DNA of 64,000 nt from Escherichia coli O157:H7. GTDB lineage: Bacteria; Pseudomonadota; Gammaproteobacteria; Enterobacterales; Enterobacteriaceae. This document shows positions 10,253 through 21,578 of the stretch, piece after piece (positions within the stretch are counted from its first letter, which is position 1; every line of letters starts with the position of its first letter). Under the pieces are notes generated by a model. The model saw only the letters and a list, made by a program, of their open reading frames with translations. It did not search any database and was not told the origin of the DNA. Location: NCBI RefSeq assembly GCF_013167455.1, contig NZ_CP038328.1. One strand, given 5' to 3'. The position numbers were made by a program, and so were the translations under genes.

Positions 10253-11863
10253 TCAGTTGTCGCCTTTGAATACGGTTCCCGCAGGGAGCACTGGTGTTTT
10301 TTCCAGGGCTTCAACCGGTGTCTGCGGGAGATAATGTTCAACTTGATGAGCCGGAATGTCGGCGTAATCCTGTTTCAGCCAGCGAATAAATCCGCCGACT
10401 TTCACCAGTAAAATGACGAGGAAGGGAAGGGCTGTGAGCACGACGGTGGTTTTCATCGTTTCCAGCGAAGCACCGGTAAACAAGATGGAAAGCGGGATCA
10501 GAGTGATCACCACGCACCAGAAAAGACGCAGCCCACGGTCAGGATCGTCACCTTCCTGGAGATTACGCGTACTGGTCGCCGCCATGGTGTAGGCCACTGC
10601 ATCCATATGCGAGGCAAGGAAAATAATCATCACGCCCAGGTATGCGGCGAGGAACAATTTACCGGCTGGCAACGACATCAGAACTTGCTGTACAGCTGTT
10701 TCGCCGCCCAGAGTTTCCAGCACCTGTGGGACGTTGATTACGCCATTGATAAACTGATGAATGGCATAGCTTTCCATTACGCCGAAGAAGAACCAGCAAC
10801 CGACGGTGCTGCCGAGGATCAGTCCCCAGATAACTTCTTTAATCTTACGACCGCGGGAAACGCGGGTGACAAACATTGCTACGCCAGGGGTGTATGAGAT
10901 CCACCACAGCCAGTAGAAAACGGTCCAGTTGCGGGTAAATGAACCATCGCCAAGCGGATCGGTGAATAAGCTCATTTGCAGGAAGTTTTGCGTGGTCAGG
11001 CCGATGGCATTGATGATGCTGTTGGTAATAAATTCGGTTGGACCGACAATCAGCACCAGTAATGGCAGCAGGAACGCGCCCCAGCCAACCATTTTGCTCA
11101 GACGTTGCAAACCGTTGTTGATACCAATCCATGAGCTTAGGCAAAAAATGCCGCCGGAAAGCAGGATCACAAATGCCTGCACGGTGAAGTTATCGGGTAA
11201 ACCGGTCAGTGCGGAAAGTCCACGAGTAAAGGTTGCTGCGGTGACAACAAGGGAAATAGTCAGTGCGCCGACAGTGGCGATCAGGAACATCAAATCAACC
11301 AGTTTTCCCCATGGGCCTTGCGGGCGAACGCCGGTAATCGCGGCAATAATGCCGGAAAGACTCAGACCTTTGTTTTTCCGCACATGAAAGTGATAAGCCA
11401 TGATTAATGAGGCCAGCGTATAAGTTGCCCAGGCGCTGATGCCCCAGTGGAAGAAGGAGTAAGGGACGCTAAATTCGAGTGCCTGTTGTGAACGCGGTGC
11501 GATATTTAATCCAGGCGTTTGATAATAATAGGCCCATTCAGCAACCCCCCAATAAAGCGTAGAAGAACCTAAACCGGCACAAATAAACATAAACAGCCAG
11601 GAGAGCGTGCTGTATTCCGGTTTTCCTTCGCCAAGACGAATATTGCCGTATTTACTGGTGGCTAAATAAATCACTAGTCCCATTGCCAGCAAAACCAATA
11701 CCTGTACTGCGGAACCTAACGTACGCGTAACAAAAGTGTATATTGCGTTGGCCGCGTCGGCCGATTGTTGTGGGAAAAGGCTTAATGCAGCTGCGATGAA
11801 AAGAATGGCCACCAGGCTGATGCTTATCAGCGGCACATCTTTTTTCTTAACATTGCTCATCAT
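10253..11863 (-). CDS. yeaV: BCCT-family transporter YeaV
   Basis: 536-aa polytopic membrane ORF; true start may be further downstream. Confidence 0.75.
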
Positions 11864-12073
11864 GAGTCATCTCCTGGGCATAAAAGCCCGTCTCTGGCTT
11901 TTGCCAGTTGTAATTATTTGCAGGGTAATGAGTTGTATGTCGTGTTTAACGAATTGATTATTTGCATGTTACATAAATTAAACAATTAAGAATACGGAAA
12001 GCCATAAAACACGAAACGGAAACAATAAAAGGTGAAATGACGCAGGTTATTAACTGCAAAGAACGAATAACAA

Positions 12074-12094
12074 AACCGCGTCAGTGACGCGGTT
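12074..12094 (-). terminator. Hairpin after dmlA (yeaU) stop
   Basis: aaccgcgtcagtgacgcggtt inverted repeat 20 nt downstream of the stop. Confidence 0.4.
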
Positions 12095-12113
12095 CAAATA
12101 AACTGGTTTGACC

Positions 12114-13199
12114 TTAACGCAAAATAATTTTGCAAATCGCGTCGGCAACCTGTGGCGTGGTGGCACTGCCTTTCATATCCGGTGTTTTCGGCCCGTGAGC
12201 AATCACTTCTTCAATCGCTGCCAGAATACCGTTATGCGCTTGCTGGAAACGCTCATCGCCATTGCCGAGAAAATCGAGCATCATTGCCCCGGCCCAAATT
12301 GTGGCGATAGGGTTAGCAATATTTTTCCCGTAGATATCCGGCGCGGAACCGTGGACAGGCTCGAAGAGCGAGGGGAAAGTGCGTTCCGGATTCAGGTTGG
12401 CGGATGGGGCAATGCCAATGGTGCCGGTGCAGGCCGGGCCAAGATCGGAAAGGATATCGCCAAACAAATTGGACGCCACCACCACATCGAAGCGTTCCGG
12501 CTGCATCACAAAACGCGCGCAGAGAATATCAATATGCTGCTTGTCCCAGCGGATCTCCGGGTAATTCTCGGCCATTGCTTCCACTCGCTCATCCCAGTAC
12601 GGCATGCTGATGGCTAAACCGTTTGATTTAGTGGCAGAAGTTAGCGTCTTACGTGGGCGGCTTTGCGCAAGTTCGAAGGCATAACGCAAAATGCGATCGA
12701 CACCACGACGCGTAAATACCGATTCCTGAATGACGACTTCATGCTCTGTACCTTCATTCACTCTACCGCCGAGCGAGGAATATTCGCCTTCGGTGTTTTC
12801 CCTGACCACGTAAAAATCGATGTCGCCAGGCTGTTTTCCCGCCAGCGGGCAGGGAACGCCAGGAAAGAGACGAACCGGGCGCAGGTTGACGTACTGGTCG
12901 AATTCACGACGAAATTTCAGCAGCGAACCCCACAACGAAATATGGTCCGGAACGGTGTCCGGCCAGCCGACGGCACCAAAATAGATGGCGTCGAAACGGC
13001 TAAGTTGCTCATGCCAGTCGTCCGGCATCATTTTACCGTGATGGCTGTAATACTCGCAGCTCGCCCACTCCATTTGCTCAAAACTCAAGGCGAAGCCCCA
13101 GCGCTCAGCGGCAGCCTGTAACACGCGAATCCCTTCAGGAAGGACTTCTTTGCCAATCCCGTCTCCCGGGATCGCAGCAATACGCATCGTTTTCATCAT
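12114..13199 (-). CDS. dmlA: D-malate/tartrate dehydrogenase (decarboxylating) DmlA/YeaU
   Basis: 361-aa ORF; isocitrate/isopropylmalate dehydrogenase family (MKTMRIAAIPGDGIGKEV...). Confidence 0.8.
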   Translation of the reverse strand: MMKTMRIAAIPGDGIGKEVLPEGIRVLQAAAERWGFALSFEQMEWASCEYYSHHGKMMPDDWHEQLSRFDAIYFGAVGWPDTVPDHISLWGSLLKFRREFDQYVNLRPVRLFPGVPCPLAGKQPGDIDFYVVRENTEGEYSSLGGRVNEGTEHEVVIQESVFTRRGVDRILRYAFELAQSRPRKTLTSATKSNGLAISMPYWDERVEAMAENYPEIRWDKQHIDILCARFVMQPERFDVVVASNLFGDILSDLGPACTGTIGIAPSANLNPERTFPSLFEPVHGSAPDIYGKNIANPIATIWAGAMMLDFLGNGDERFQQAHNGILAAIEEVIAHGPKTPDMKGSATTPQVADAICKIILR

Positions 13200-13301
13200 T
13201 GGGTTCTCACTTCCTGACCATCAAAATTGACAACATCACCATCCTATAATTGACTGAAAAGGAATTAATCCCCGTAACTGGTGAAACATAAAACACGAAT
13301 C

Positions 13302-14225
13302 ATGAATAATTTACCGCTGCTGAATGATTTGCGCGTCTTTATGCTGGTGGCTCGCCGGGCTGGTTTTGCCGCCGTGGCGGAAGAACTGGGCGTTTCACCG
13401 GCGTTCGTCAGCAAGCGCATCGCCTTGCTGGAGCAAACGCTAAACGTGGTGTTGTTACACCGCACCACCCGCCGCGTCACCATTACCGAAGAAGGAGAGC
13501 GGATTTATGAATGGGCGCAGCGGATTTTGCAGGATGTCGGTCAGATGATGGACGAACTTTCTGACGTGCGTCAGGTGCCACAGGGGATGCTGCGTATTAT
13601 CAGCAGCTTTGGTTTTGGACGACAGGTGGTGGCTCCGGCGTTATCAGCGCTGGCGAAGGCGTATCCGCAACTGGAATTACGTTTTGATGTGGAAGACCGG
13701 CTGGTCGATTTGGTCAATGAAGGTGTCGATCTCGATATTCGCATTGGCGATGACATCGCCCCTAATTTAATCGCCCGCAAACTGGCGACCAATTACCGCG
13801 TTCTCTGCGCGTCGCCGGAATTTATTGCGCAACATGGCGCGCCGAAACATTTAACCGATCTTTCTGCATTGCCGTGCCTGGTCATTAAAGAGCGCGATCA
13901 TCCTTTTGGTGTCTGGCAATTACGCAATAAAGAAGGCCACCATGCGATTAAAGTCACCGGCCCACTGTCGTCTAATCATGGAGAAATTGTCCATCAGTGG
14001 TGTCTCGATGGGCAGGGGATTGCTCTGCGTTCCTGGTGGGATGTTAGCGAAAACATTGCCAGTGGTCATTTAGTGCAAGTGCTACCGGAATATTACCAGC
14101 CAGCGAACGTCTGGGCCGTTTATGTTTCAAGGCTGGCGACGTCAGCGAAAGTGCGGATAACGGTAGAATTTTTACGCCAGTATTTTGCCGAGCACTACCC
14201 GAATTTTTCACTGGAGCATGCCTGA
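13302..14225 (+). CDS. dmlR: LysR-family transcriptional regulator DmlR/YeaT
   Basis: Start at MNNLPLLNDLRVF gives 307 aa; LysR HTH; divergent from dmlA. Confidence 0.8.
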   Translation: MNNLPLLNDLRVFMLVARRAGFAAVAEELGVSPAFVSKRIALLEQTLNVVLLHRTTRRVTITEEGERIYEWAQRILQDVGQMMDELSDVRQVPQGMLRIISSFGFGRQVVAPALSALAKAYPQLELRFDVEDRLVDLVNEGVDLDIRIGDDIAPNLIARKLATNYRVLCASPEFIAQHGAPKHLTDLSALPCLVIKERDHPFGVWQLRNKEGHHAIKVTGPLSSNHGEIVHQWCLDGQGIALRSWWDVSENIASGHLVQVLPEYYQPANVWAVYVSRLATSAKVRITVEFLRQYFAEHYPNFSLEHA

Positions 14226-14282
14226 TTAATGATTCAATTATCGGGTTGATATCAGGTTAAAACCTGATTTTCTCCTTTCTAA

Positions 14283-14990
<708 letters not shown>

Positions 14991-15162
14991 TGCTTTCAGC
15001 CCGCGTTGTCGCGGGCTTCCCATCTATAATCCTCCCTGATTTTTCTCTGATATGGTGCTAAAAAGTAACCAATAAATGGTATTTAAAAAGCAAATTATCA
15101 GGCGTACCCTGAAACGGCTGGAATAAACCGTTTTCAGCGCATTCACCGAAGGAGGGAAAAGG

Positions 15163-15522
15163 ATGCTGCAAATCCCACAGAATTATATTCATACGCGCTC
15201 AACGCCTTTCTGGAATAAACAAACTGCGCCTGCCGGAATATTCGAACGTCATCTTGATAAAGGAACGCGCCCGGGGGTTTACCCACGCCTTTCCGTTATG
15301 CATGGGGCGGTCAAATATCTCGGCTACGCTGATGAACACAGTGCAGAGCCTGATCAGGTGATCCTTATCGAAGCGGGGCAGTTTGCGGTGTTCCCTCCAG
15401 AAAAGTGGCACAACATTGAAGCCATGACTGACGATACTTATTTCAACATTGACTTCTTCGTGGCTCCTGAAGTCCTGATGGAAGGTGCGCAACAACGGAA
15501 AGTCATTCATAACGGGAAATGA
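15163..15522 (+). CDS. yeaR: DUF1971 protein YeaR
   Basis: 119-aa ORF; recognised; followed 3 nt later by yoaG. Confidence 0.75.
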   Translation: MLQIPQNYIHTRSTPFWNKQTAPAGIFERHLDKGTRPGVYPRLSVMHGAVKYLGYADEHSAEPDQVILIEAGQFAVFPPEKWHNIEAMTDDTYFNIDFFVAPEVLMEGAQQRKVIHNGK

Positions 15523-15525
15523 ATC

Positions 15526-15708
15526 ATGGGCAAAGCAACGTATACCGTGACCGTCACCAATAACAGCAATGGCGTTTCTGTCGATTATGAAACAGAGACG
15601 CCGATGACTTTGCTGGTGCCAGAAGTGGCGGCTGAAGTGATAAAAGATCTGGTGAATACCGTGCGTTCTTATGACACGGAAAACGAACATGATGTTTGTG
15701 GTTGGTAA
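15526..15708 (+). CDS. yoaG: DUF1869 small protein YoaG
   Basis: 60-aa ORF MGKATYTVTVTNNSNGVSVDYE...; recognised. Confidence 0.7.
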   Translation: MGKATYTVTVTNNSNGVSVDYETETPMTLLVPEVAAEVIKDLVNTVRSYDTENEHDVCGW

Positions 15709-15854
15709 TTATCACTGATCGTTGATGGCGCAATTTCTGCGCCATCGCAAAAAAACCTCCGTGATGCTCGTCACAAATCTTGCCCTCCCGATGTTGTGCT
15801 ATGCTTTTTATCAGCGACTAACCCGCTAATGCAAAACAGATAAGTGAGGAAACA

Positions 15855-16103
15855 ATGGGCATTCTGTCATGGATTATTTTTGGGCTTATTGCCGGTATTC
15901 TGGCGAAGTGGATCATGCCAGGTAAAGATGGTGGTGGATTCTTTATGACTATCCTGCTGGGGATAGTCGGTGCCGTAGTCGGCGGTTGGATCAGCACGCT
16001 GTTTGGCTTTGGTAAAGTCGATGGCTTCAATTTTGGCAGCTTCGTGGTTGCCGTTATTGGTGCGATTGTCGTGCTATTTATCTACAGGAAGATTAAAAGT
16101 TAA
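15855..16103 (+). CDS. yeaQ: GlsB/YeaQ/YmgE-family small membrane protein
   Basis: 82-aa ORF with two glycine-rich TM helices. Confidence 0.75.
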   Translation: MGILSWIIFGLIAGILAKWIMPGKDGGGFFMTILLGIVGAVVGGWISTLFGFGKVDGFNFGSFVVAVIGAIVVLFIYRKIKS

Positions 16104-16117
16104 CGCGTAAATTGCAC

Positions 16118-16151
16118 AAAGGCTGCACACAGGCAGCCTTTGCTATTTTTT
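16118..16151. terminator. Intrinsic terminator after yeaQ (shared with convergent yoaJ)
   Basis: aaaggctgc-acacag-gcagccttt hairpin followed by T6. Confidence 0.55.
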
Positions 16152-16161
16152 AGATGTGACG

Positions 16162-16236
16162 TTACCACCATCCCAGCTCAGTGCCGAGTACGACAATAAT
16201 CGCCACACCCATCATAATGATCGTTGTTTTTTTCAT
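16162..16236 (-). CDS. yoaJ: Small membrane protein YoaJ (24 aa)
   Basis: Hand translation MKKTTIIMMGVAIIVVLGTELGWW; absent from the ORF track (below 60 aa). Confidence 0.6.
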   Translation of the reverse strand: MKKTTIIMMGVAIIVVLGTELGWW

Positions 16237-16238
16237 CT

Positions 16239-16337
16239 TTATGCTCCCGGGGCAGCATAGCCGCCAATAAAAAACCATGCTAAAAATACGACCGCTGTAA
16301 TGAAGATTACAACCGGAAAAATAATACCGATTCGCAT
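16239..16337 (-). CDS. yoaK: Small membrane protein YoaK (32 aa)
   Basis: Hand translation MRIGIIFPVVIFITAVVFLAWFFIGGYAAPGA; its stop abuts the yoaJ start. Confidence 0.6.
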   Translation of the reverse strand: MRIGIIFPVVIFITAVVFLAWFFIGGYAAPGA

Positions 16338-16546
16338 GTTATCACCAATCAAAAGGATGTGAATACGCCTCAGGAATGTGGCGCTGAATGCGCGACAAAA
16401 GGTGTTTTCTGTTTGTGTTTTTTCTCCTGATACATCGCGATATCGGCAGCATGTAGGGCACTGTCTGCATCGGTCGTTTCAGGATCGACTTCTACTATGC
16501 CAAGACTGGCACCAGGATAATACAAATCAACATCACCTAAGTGATA

Positions 16547-17524
16547 TTATCCGCGTATTTGCTGCTGAATGCGTTCTCGCAGCGACGAAATATCCGCATT
16601 CTCGTTGTTTAGTGAAACAACCAAAAACTCATCACCGCCGAGACGACCAATAACTTCGCCATTTTGCTGGAGCGTATTAAGGCGCTCGCCAACCTGAATG
16701 AGAAACAGATCGCCACTATTATGACCAAAACGATCATTGATTAATTTGAAGTTATCCAGATCGATAAACGCGATCATTATCTTTTGGTTAAGATGCCGGG
16801 CGAGGGAAAACAGCGTCGTCAGATTTTCAAAAATCGCCCGCCGATTCGGTAGCCCGGTTAACGAGTCGGTATACGATTGCGCAATCAGCGCAGCATTGGC
16901 TTCGCGCAGCTGTTCAACCAGTGCCTCTTTTTGAATATATTGTGCAATCAGTCCGGCGAATAACTGTAAAACCTGTTCCGCGCGTTCACTCCACTGGCGC
17001 TTCTCACTGCTGGCGGCGCAAAGCGTGCCATAGAATGATCCATCCGGTAAGTGAATTGGCGTGCTCAGAAATGTGGTGATGCCAAGATTGCGTGCCGCAA
17101 TACAGTCGCCCCAACGGTCAGGGACTTCATCGCTGAAAAAGCAGTTTTCATCAATGGCGCGTTTGCATAACGAGTAATCCCACGAGACGGTAAAATTCTC
17201 CGGGATGTGCATTTTCTGGCTGTTACGGGCAAACATAATATGCTGCAGGCGCGCTTCGACATCCACTTTGGTCAGGTAGGTTGATTCCATATCAGTGACC
17301 ATTTCCAGCATCTCCAGAAGCTGTCGGACCAGACTTTCCAGTGACTGTTCTTTGGCAAGGGATTGCGAGATGCGGGCGATAATCTGATCTGACACGAAAC
17401 AACTCCAGGATACGGCGGGTAAATGCTGATTATTTAATCTTTGCAGGCATGATAAAACATCATCAACAAAGATGAAACAAGACGTAATATGTTTTGAGTG
17501 AATGTAATAAAAATAGTGCTGCAA
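16547..17524 (-). CDS. dgcP: Diguanylate cyclase DgcP (YeaP), GAF-GGDEF
   Basis: 325-aa ORF from a TTG start; intact GGDEF active site (RLGGDEFLV); true start uncertain. Confidence 0.8.
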   Translation of the reverse strand: MQHYFYYIHSKHITSCFIFVDDVLSCLQRLNNQHLPAVSWSCFVSDQIIARISQSLAKEQSLESLVRQLLEMLEMVTDMESTYLTKVDVEARLQHIMFARNSQKMHIPENFTVSWDYSLCKRAIDENCFFSDEVPDRWGDCIAARNLGITTFLSTPIHLPDGSFYGTLCAASSEKRQWSERAEQVLQLFAGLIAQYIQKEALVEQLREANAALIAQSYTDSLTGLPNRRAIFENLTTLFSLARHLNQKIMIAFIDLDNFKLINDRFGHNSGDLFLIQVGERLNTLQQNGEVIGRLGGDEFLVVSLNNENADISSLRERIQQQIRG

Positions 17525-17577
17525 AACAAAACGATACCGCGATACTCTAAGCTTGGATACATATGTGAGATCAATAA

Positions 17578-17832
17578 ATGAAAATTATCAGTTTTGTTCT
17601 GCCTTGCTTGCTGGTCCTGGCTGGTTGTTCAACCCCTTCTCAGCCAGAAGCACCTAAACCGCCGCAGATTGGTATGGCAAATCCGGCGTCGGTCTATTGC
17701 CAGCAGAAGGGCGGGACGCTCATTCCAGTGCAGACAGCGCAAGGGGTCAGCAACAATTGCAAATTACCGGGCGGTGAAACGATTGATGAATGGGCATTGT
17801 GGCGACTGGACCATCCGGCTGGTGAAAAATAA
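17578..17832 (+). CDS. yoaF: DUF333 lipoprotein YoaF
   Basis: 84-aa ORF with lipobox LAGC. Confidence 0.7.
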   Translation: MKIISFVLPCLLVLAGCSTPSQPEAPKPPQIGMANPASVYCQQKGGTLIPVQTAQGVSNNCKLPGGETIDEWALWRLDHPAGEK

Positions 17833-17853
17833 CCGCCGGATGCTGTACTAAAA

Positions 17854-18201
17854 TCACAAGCTACGTAGCCAGTCGGCCAGCACCAGCGCATGGTTCTGCG
17901 TGGTGTTTTTTGCTGAGTAGAGCAGGGTCAGCGGCTGTTTTTTGGCGATGTCCGCCAGCCGCTTTCCTTCTTGCTCGTGTTGTGCCAGTTCTGCAAGATA
18001 TTGCTCGCGAAAGGTTGCAAAATCGACGACTTCGCCGTGAAAGGCTTTGCGCAGTTCCGTTGACGGCGTGATTTCTTTATCCCACTCATCAAGGGCTAAA
18101 TCGGTTTTTTTGATACCGCGTGGCCAGAGGCGGTCGACCAGTACGCGATAACCATCGCTCTGTTCTGCCGGATCATAAACGCGTTTGCACTGAATATTCA
18201 T
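17854..18201 (-). CDS. yeaO: DUF488 protein YeaO
   Basis: Start at MNIQCKRVYD gives 115 aa. Confidence 0.7.
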   Translation of the reverse strand: MNIQCKRVYDPAEQSDGYRVLVDRLWPRGIKKTDLALDEWDKEITPSTELRKAFHGEVVDFATFREQYLAELAQHEQEGKRLADIAKKQPLTLLYSAKNTTQNHALVLADWLRSL

Positions 18202-18255
18202 CGTGTTTGTTCTCCCTTTCACGCATGATTTGTCACGTCACTATAGTACCGGATA

Positions 18256-19437
18256 TTAGCGAATTTCTTTGTCTCTCCCGGCACAAAGTCCGAAAATCGC
18301 CATCAGTAGTGAAAGTATTGCAACACCCATTAGTGGTACGGACCAGTCACCGTTAGCATCGTGTATTTTACCCATCAGCGGCGGCCCACAGGCTGCCAAC
18401 AAATACCCGACGGATTGTGCCATCCCCGAGAGTGCCGCCGCCTGATGCGCAGAACTAGCCCGCAGACCAATGAACGTCAACCCCAGTATCATTGTTGCGC
18501 CGGAACCAAAACCGAAAAGCAGAGTCCAGGTGATCGCGTGCGCTGGCATGAAGCAGAGCCCAACCGCGCCCACTGCGCACATCAAGGCAACGAACGCTGC
18601 AATACCACGCTGGTCTTTCACATGATGTAAGAAAAGTGGGATCAGCAAACCGGGAGCTGCTGTGGCTAGTTGCAGCAAACCATGCAGTGAACCCGCCTGT
18701 GCTTCGCTATAGCCGTGACTGATGAGGATCGCCGGAAGCCAGCCAATAATCACGTAATAGACCAGTGAGTTGATCCCAAGAAACAATGTTACCTGCCAGG
18801 CAAGCGGCGAACGCCAGATACCCCGAGTATGTAAGGCGCGTGAAGTACTCAAATTTGCATGTTGTTGGCTTCGCCACTGTGGCAGCCATAAAAAAAGAGC
18901 CAGCAGAGGAAAACACATCAGCATGAGCAACGCGCCTTGCCAGCCAAAACCGTTCAAAGCCAGCGGCACTACCATAGCCGATCCCAGAGCCGCCGCAGCT
19001 CCCATTGTCAGGGAATATGCGCCGGTAAGTCTGGCGACGGAATGAGGGAAATCGCGTTTAATTAATCCTGGCAGTAAGACATTACCTAATGCAATCCCAC
19101 CGCCAATGACCGCTGTACCGCCAAATAATAAGTAAGGCGAAGGGAGAGAGCGAATTGCGATACCTGCACAGATCAAAAGTAACGCGGCAAACAGGCTACG
19201 TTCCATACCAAAACGTCGAGCCACCGGGGCAGCCAGAGGTGAGATTAGCGCAAAGGCCAATAATGGCAGGGTGGTCAATAAGCCGGTTTGCGCAGTCGTC
19301 AGCGAGTAAGCGGAACGAATCGTATCGAGTAACGGTGCTGCGCCGGTGAAGGTGACGCGTAATGTAGTGGCAATCATCAGAATGCCAGCGATAAGGACAA
19401 TCCTGTTTTTGCCGCTTAATGAAGTTGAACAGGTCAT
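18256..19437 (-). CDS. yeaN: MFS transporter YeaN (NimT)
   Basis: 393-aa 12-TM ORF. Confidence 0.75.
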   Translation of the reverse strand: MTCSTSLSGKNRIVLIAGILMIATTLRVTFTGAAPLLDTIRSAYSLTTAQTGLLTTLPLLAFALISPLAAPVARRFGMERSLFAALLLICAGIAIRSLPSPYLLFGGTAVIGGGIALGNVLLPGLIKRDFPHSVARLTGAYSLTMGAAAALGSAMVVPLALNGFGWQGALLMLMCFPLLALFLWLPQWRSQQHANLSTSRALHTRGIWRSPLAWQVTLFLGINSLVYYVIIGWLPAILISHGYSEAQAGSLHGLLQLATAAPGLLIPLFLHHVKDQRGIAAFVALMCAVGAVGLCFMPAHAITWTLLFGFGSGATMILGLTFIGLRASSAHQAAALSGMAQSVGYLLAACGPPLMGKIHDANGDWSVPLMGVAILSLLMAIFGLCAGRDKEIR

Positions 19438-19533
19438 ATGCTTCTCATTGTTACAAACGAGGCTGTACCTTACCGTTTTTATTGTTATGTTGAATCAAGC
19501 TAAAATGACAAATTATCGCTAAATTCGGACAAA

Positions 19534-20355
19534 ATGATGCACAGGTTGAATCTCAATGGCTATGAACCCGACCGACACCATGAAGCCGCGGTCGCATTTT
19601 GTATTCACGCCGGAACGGATGAGTTAACCAGTCCTGTACATCAGCACCGCAAAGGACAGCTGATACTGGCGCTACATGGTGCAATTACCTGTACGGTGGA
19701 AAATGCTTTGTGGATGGTGCCGCCACAATATGCGGTTTGGATACCGGGCGGGGTGGAACATAGCAATCAAGTGACAGCTAACGCTGAACTCTGTTTTCTG
19801 TTTATCGAACCCAGCGCAGTGACAATGCCGACAACATGTTACACATTGAAAATATCGCCCTTATGCCGGGAATTAATTTTAACTCTGGCAAACAGGACGA
19901 CGACTCAGCGTGCTGAGCCGATGACCCGCAGATTAATTCAGGTCCTGTTTGATGAACTCCCTCAGCAGCCACAACAACAGCTGCACCTACCCGTTTCTTC
20001 TCATCCTAAAATCCGCGCGATGGTGGAGATGATGGCGAAAGAGCCCGTCGAGTGGGGGGCATTGGGGCAATGGGCTGGCTTTTTTGCGATGAGTGAACGC
20101 AATCTTGCCCGACTGATAGTAAAAGAGACGGGGTTGAGTTTTCGCCAGTGGCGACAGCAGTTACAGCTGATTATGGCGCTTCAGGGATTAGTGAAAGGCG
20201 ATACTGTACAGAAAGTTGCTCATACGCTGGGGTATGATTCAACAACGGCCTTTATTACTATGTTTAAGAAAGGCCTGGGGCAAACGCCAGGCCGATATAT
20301 TGCGGGATTAACTACTGTTTCCCCACAATCAGCGAAACCAGACCCGTGGCAATAA
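19534..20355 (+). CDS. yeaM: AraC-family transcriptional regulator YeaM (NimR)
   Basis: 273-aa ORF with cupin N-terminus and AraC HTH C-terminus; divergent from yeaN. Confidence 0.75.
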
Positions 20356-20758
20356 GCGGGCCAACCGGTACGCCGCGAAACAGCGCTACGCCTAAAACAG
20401 TGCCCACCAGCAGCCCAGCAACCAGTTGCGGCTGGCTGCCCATTAACGTCACGCCGCGCCCACCCAGCCAGGAGACAATAACGCCTACTGCAATTGCCAC
20501 CAGCGATTTCCAGTTCAGAAACGAGTGAATCAAGGTTGAGGGCGGTAGCGTCCCGCTGGCGATGGGGGCCATAACGCCAATCGTCAGAATGATTATCCCG
20601 ATACTTAGCCCCTGTTTTTCAATCCACGGGAAAAAGGTGCTTAACGGTGTGACGCGGACAATGATCAACACCAGAATTGAAACGGCGACAGTGGTGTTAT
20701 GACTGATAAAGCCCAGCGCAGCTAACCCGAGCAGGATCAGCAAAGTGACATCAAACAT
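20312..20758 (-). CDS. yeaL: DUF441 membrane protein YeaL
   Basis: 148-aa hydrophobic ORF; 3' end overlaps yeaM by 44 bp (convergent). Confidence 0.7.
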
Positions 20759-20927
20759 CGTGGTTTCCTTGCCAAAAAATAATAAGCCTGCTTACTTTAC
20801 GCTTGCTGCAGGAAGGAAGTAGAAAATCTTTACGTTTTTTGCATAAAAAATCAGGCGAACTGTCATCAAACTGCCATTTGTGCACGCTAACAATAACGTG
20901 AAAACAGCTATCTCCCGGGGGTATGCT

Positions 20928-21032
20928 ATGAACGATCAAATGTTCGTCGAGACACTGATTATCACGTCATCGTTTTTTGCCATTGCTGTTGTGCTGGTTT
21001 TGTCCGTTCTGCTTATTGAACGGACAGGCTAG
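20928..21032 (+). CDS. yoaI: Small membrane protein YoaI (34 aa)
   Basis: Hand translation [34 protein letters not shown]; absent from the ORF track. Confidence 0.6.
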   Translation: MNDQMFVETLIITSSFFAIAVVLVLSVLLIERTG

Positions 21033-21536
21033 TTACGCAGTGCGGCGGAAATTGACCAGTTCTGGTTGCGCAATGCGCAAATAATCCGCGGTTTTCAAAA
21101 TAACGGATTTATCCAGCATCCCTGCATTGAAGGCGATTTCATCAAATCGTTCGAAGAGTAGAGGGTCGGCAACCAGTTTGAGTTTTGGATGGAAGCTGAA
21201 AGGGGGGATCGCGCCGAAGACACAGCCTGTGAGTTCATCGACTTCCGCCGGGCTGGCCAACGAAGCGCGTAATCCGCCTATATGGCTGGCGAGTTGGCTC
21301 AGATCGGCCTGTTGATCGGCTGCGAGGATCGCCAGAACATGTTGATTTACGCCATTGCCTTTGACTTTACATACCAGTGCCTTAGCACCCTGCCCTAGAG
21401 CGGTGCCACGAATTTCTGACACCGCTTCACATTTACCTACCGCTTCATGGGTAACGACGCGGAAATCAGCACCTTCTTGTGATAATAAAGCGATTAACCG
21501 CTGATGCGTCACGCTTCCTTTAGCCATTTCAGTCAT
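21033..21536 (-). CDS. yeaK: YbaK/ProX-like aminoacyl-tRNA deacylase YeaK
   Basis: 167-aa ORF. Confidence 0.75.
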   Translation of the reverse strand: MTEMAKGSVTHQRLIALLSQEGADFRVVTHEAVGKCEAVSEIRGTALGQGAKALVCKVKGNGVNQHVLAILAADQQADLSQLASHIGGLRASLASPAEVDELTGCVFGAIPPFSFHPKLKLVADPLLFERFDEIAFNAGMLDKSVILKTADYLRIAQPELVNFRRTA

Positions 21537-21578
21537 TTCACGCTCCTGAGATTACAAGCAAACAACCACAGAAGGTTA

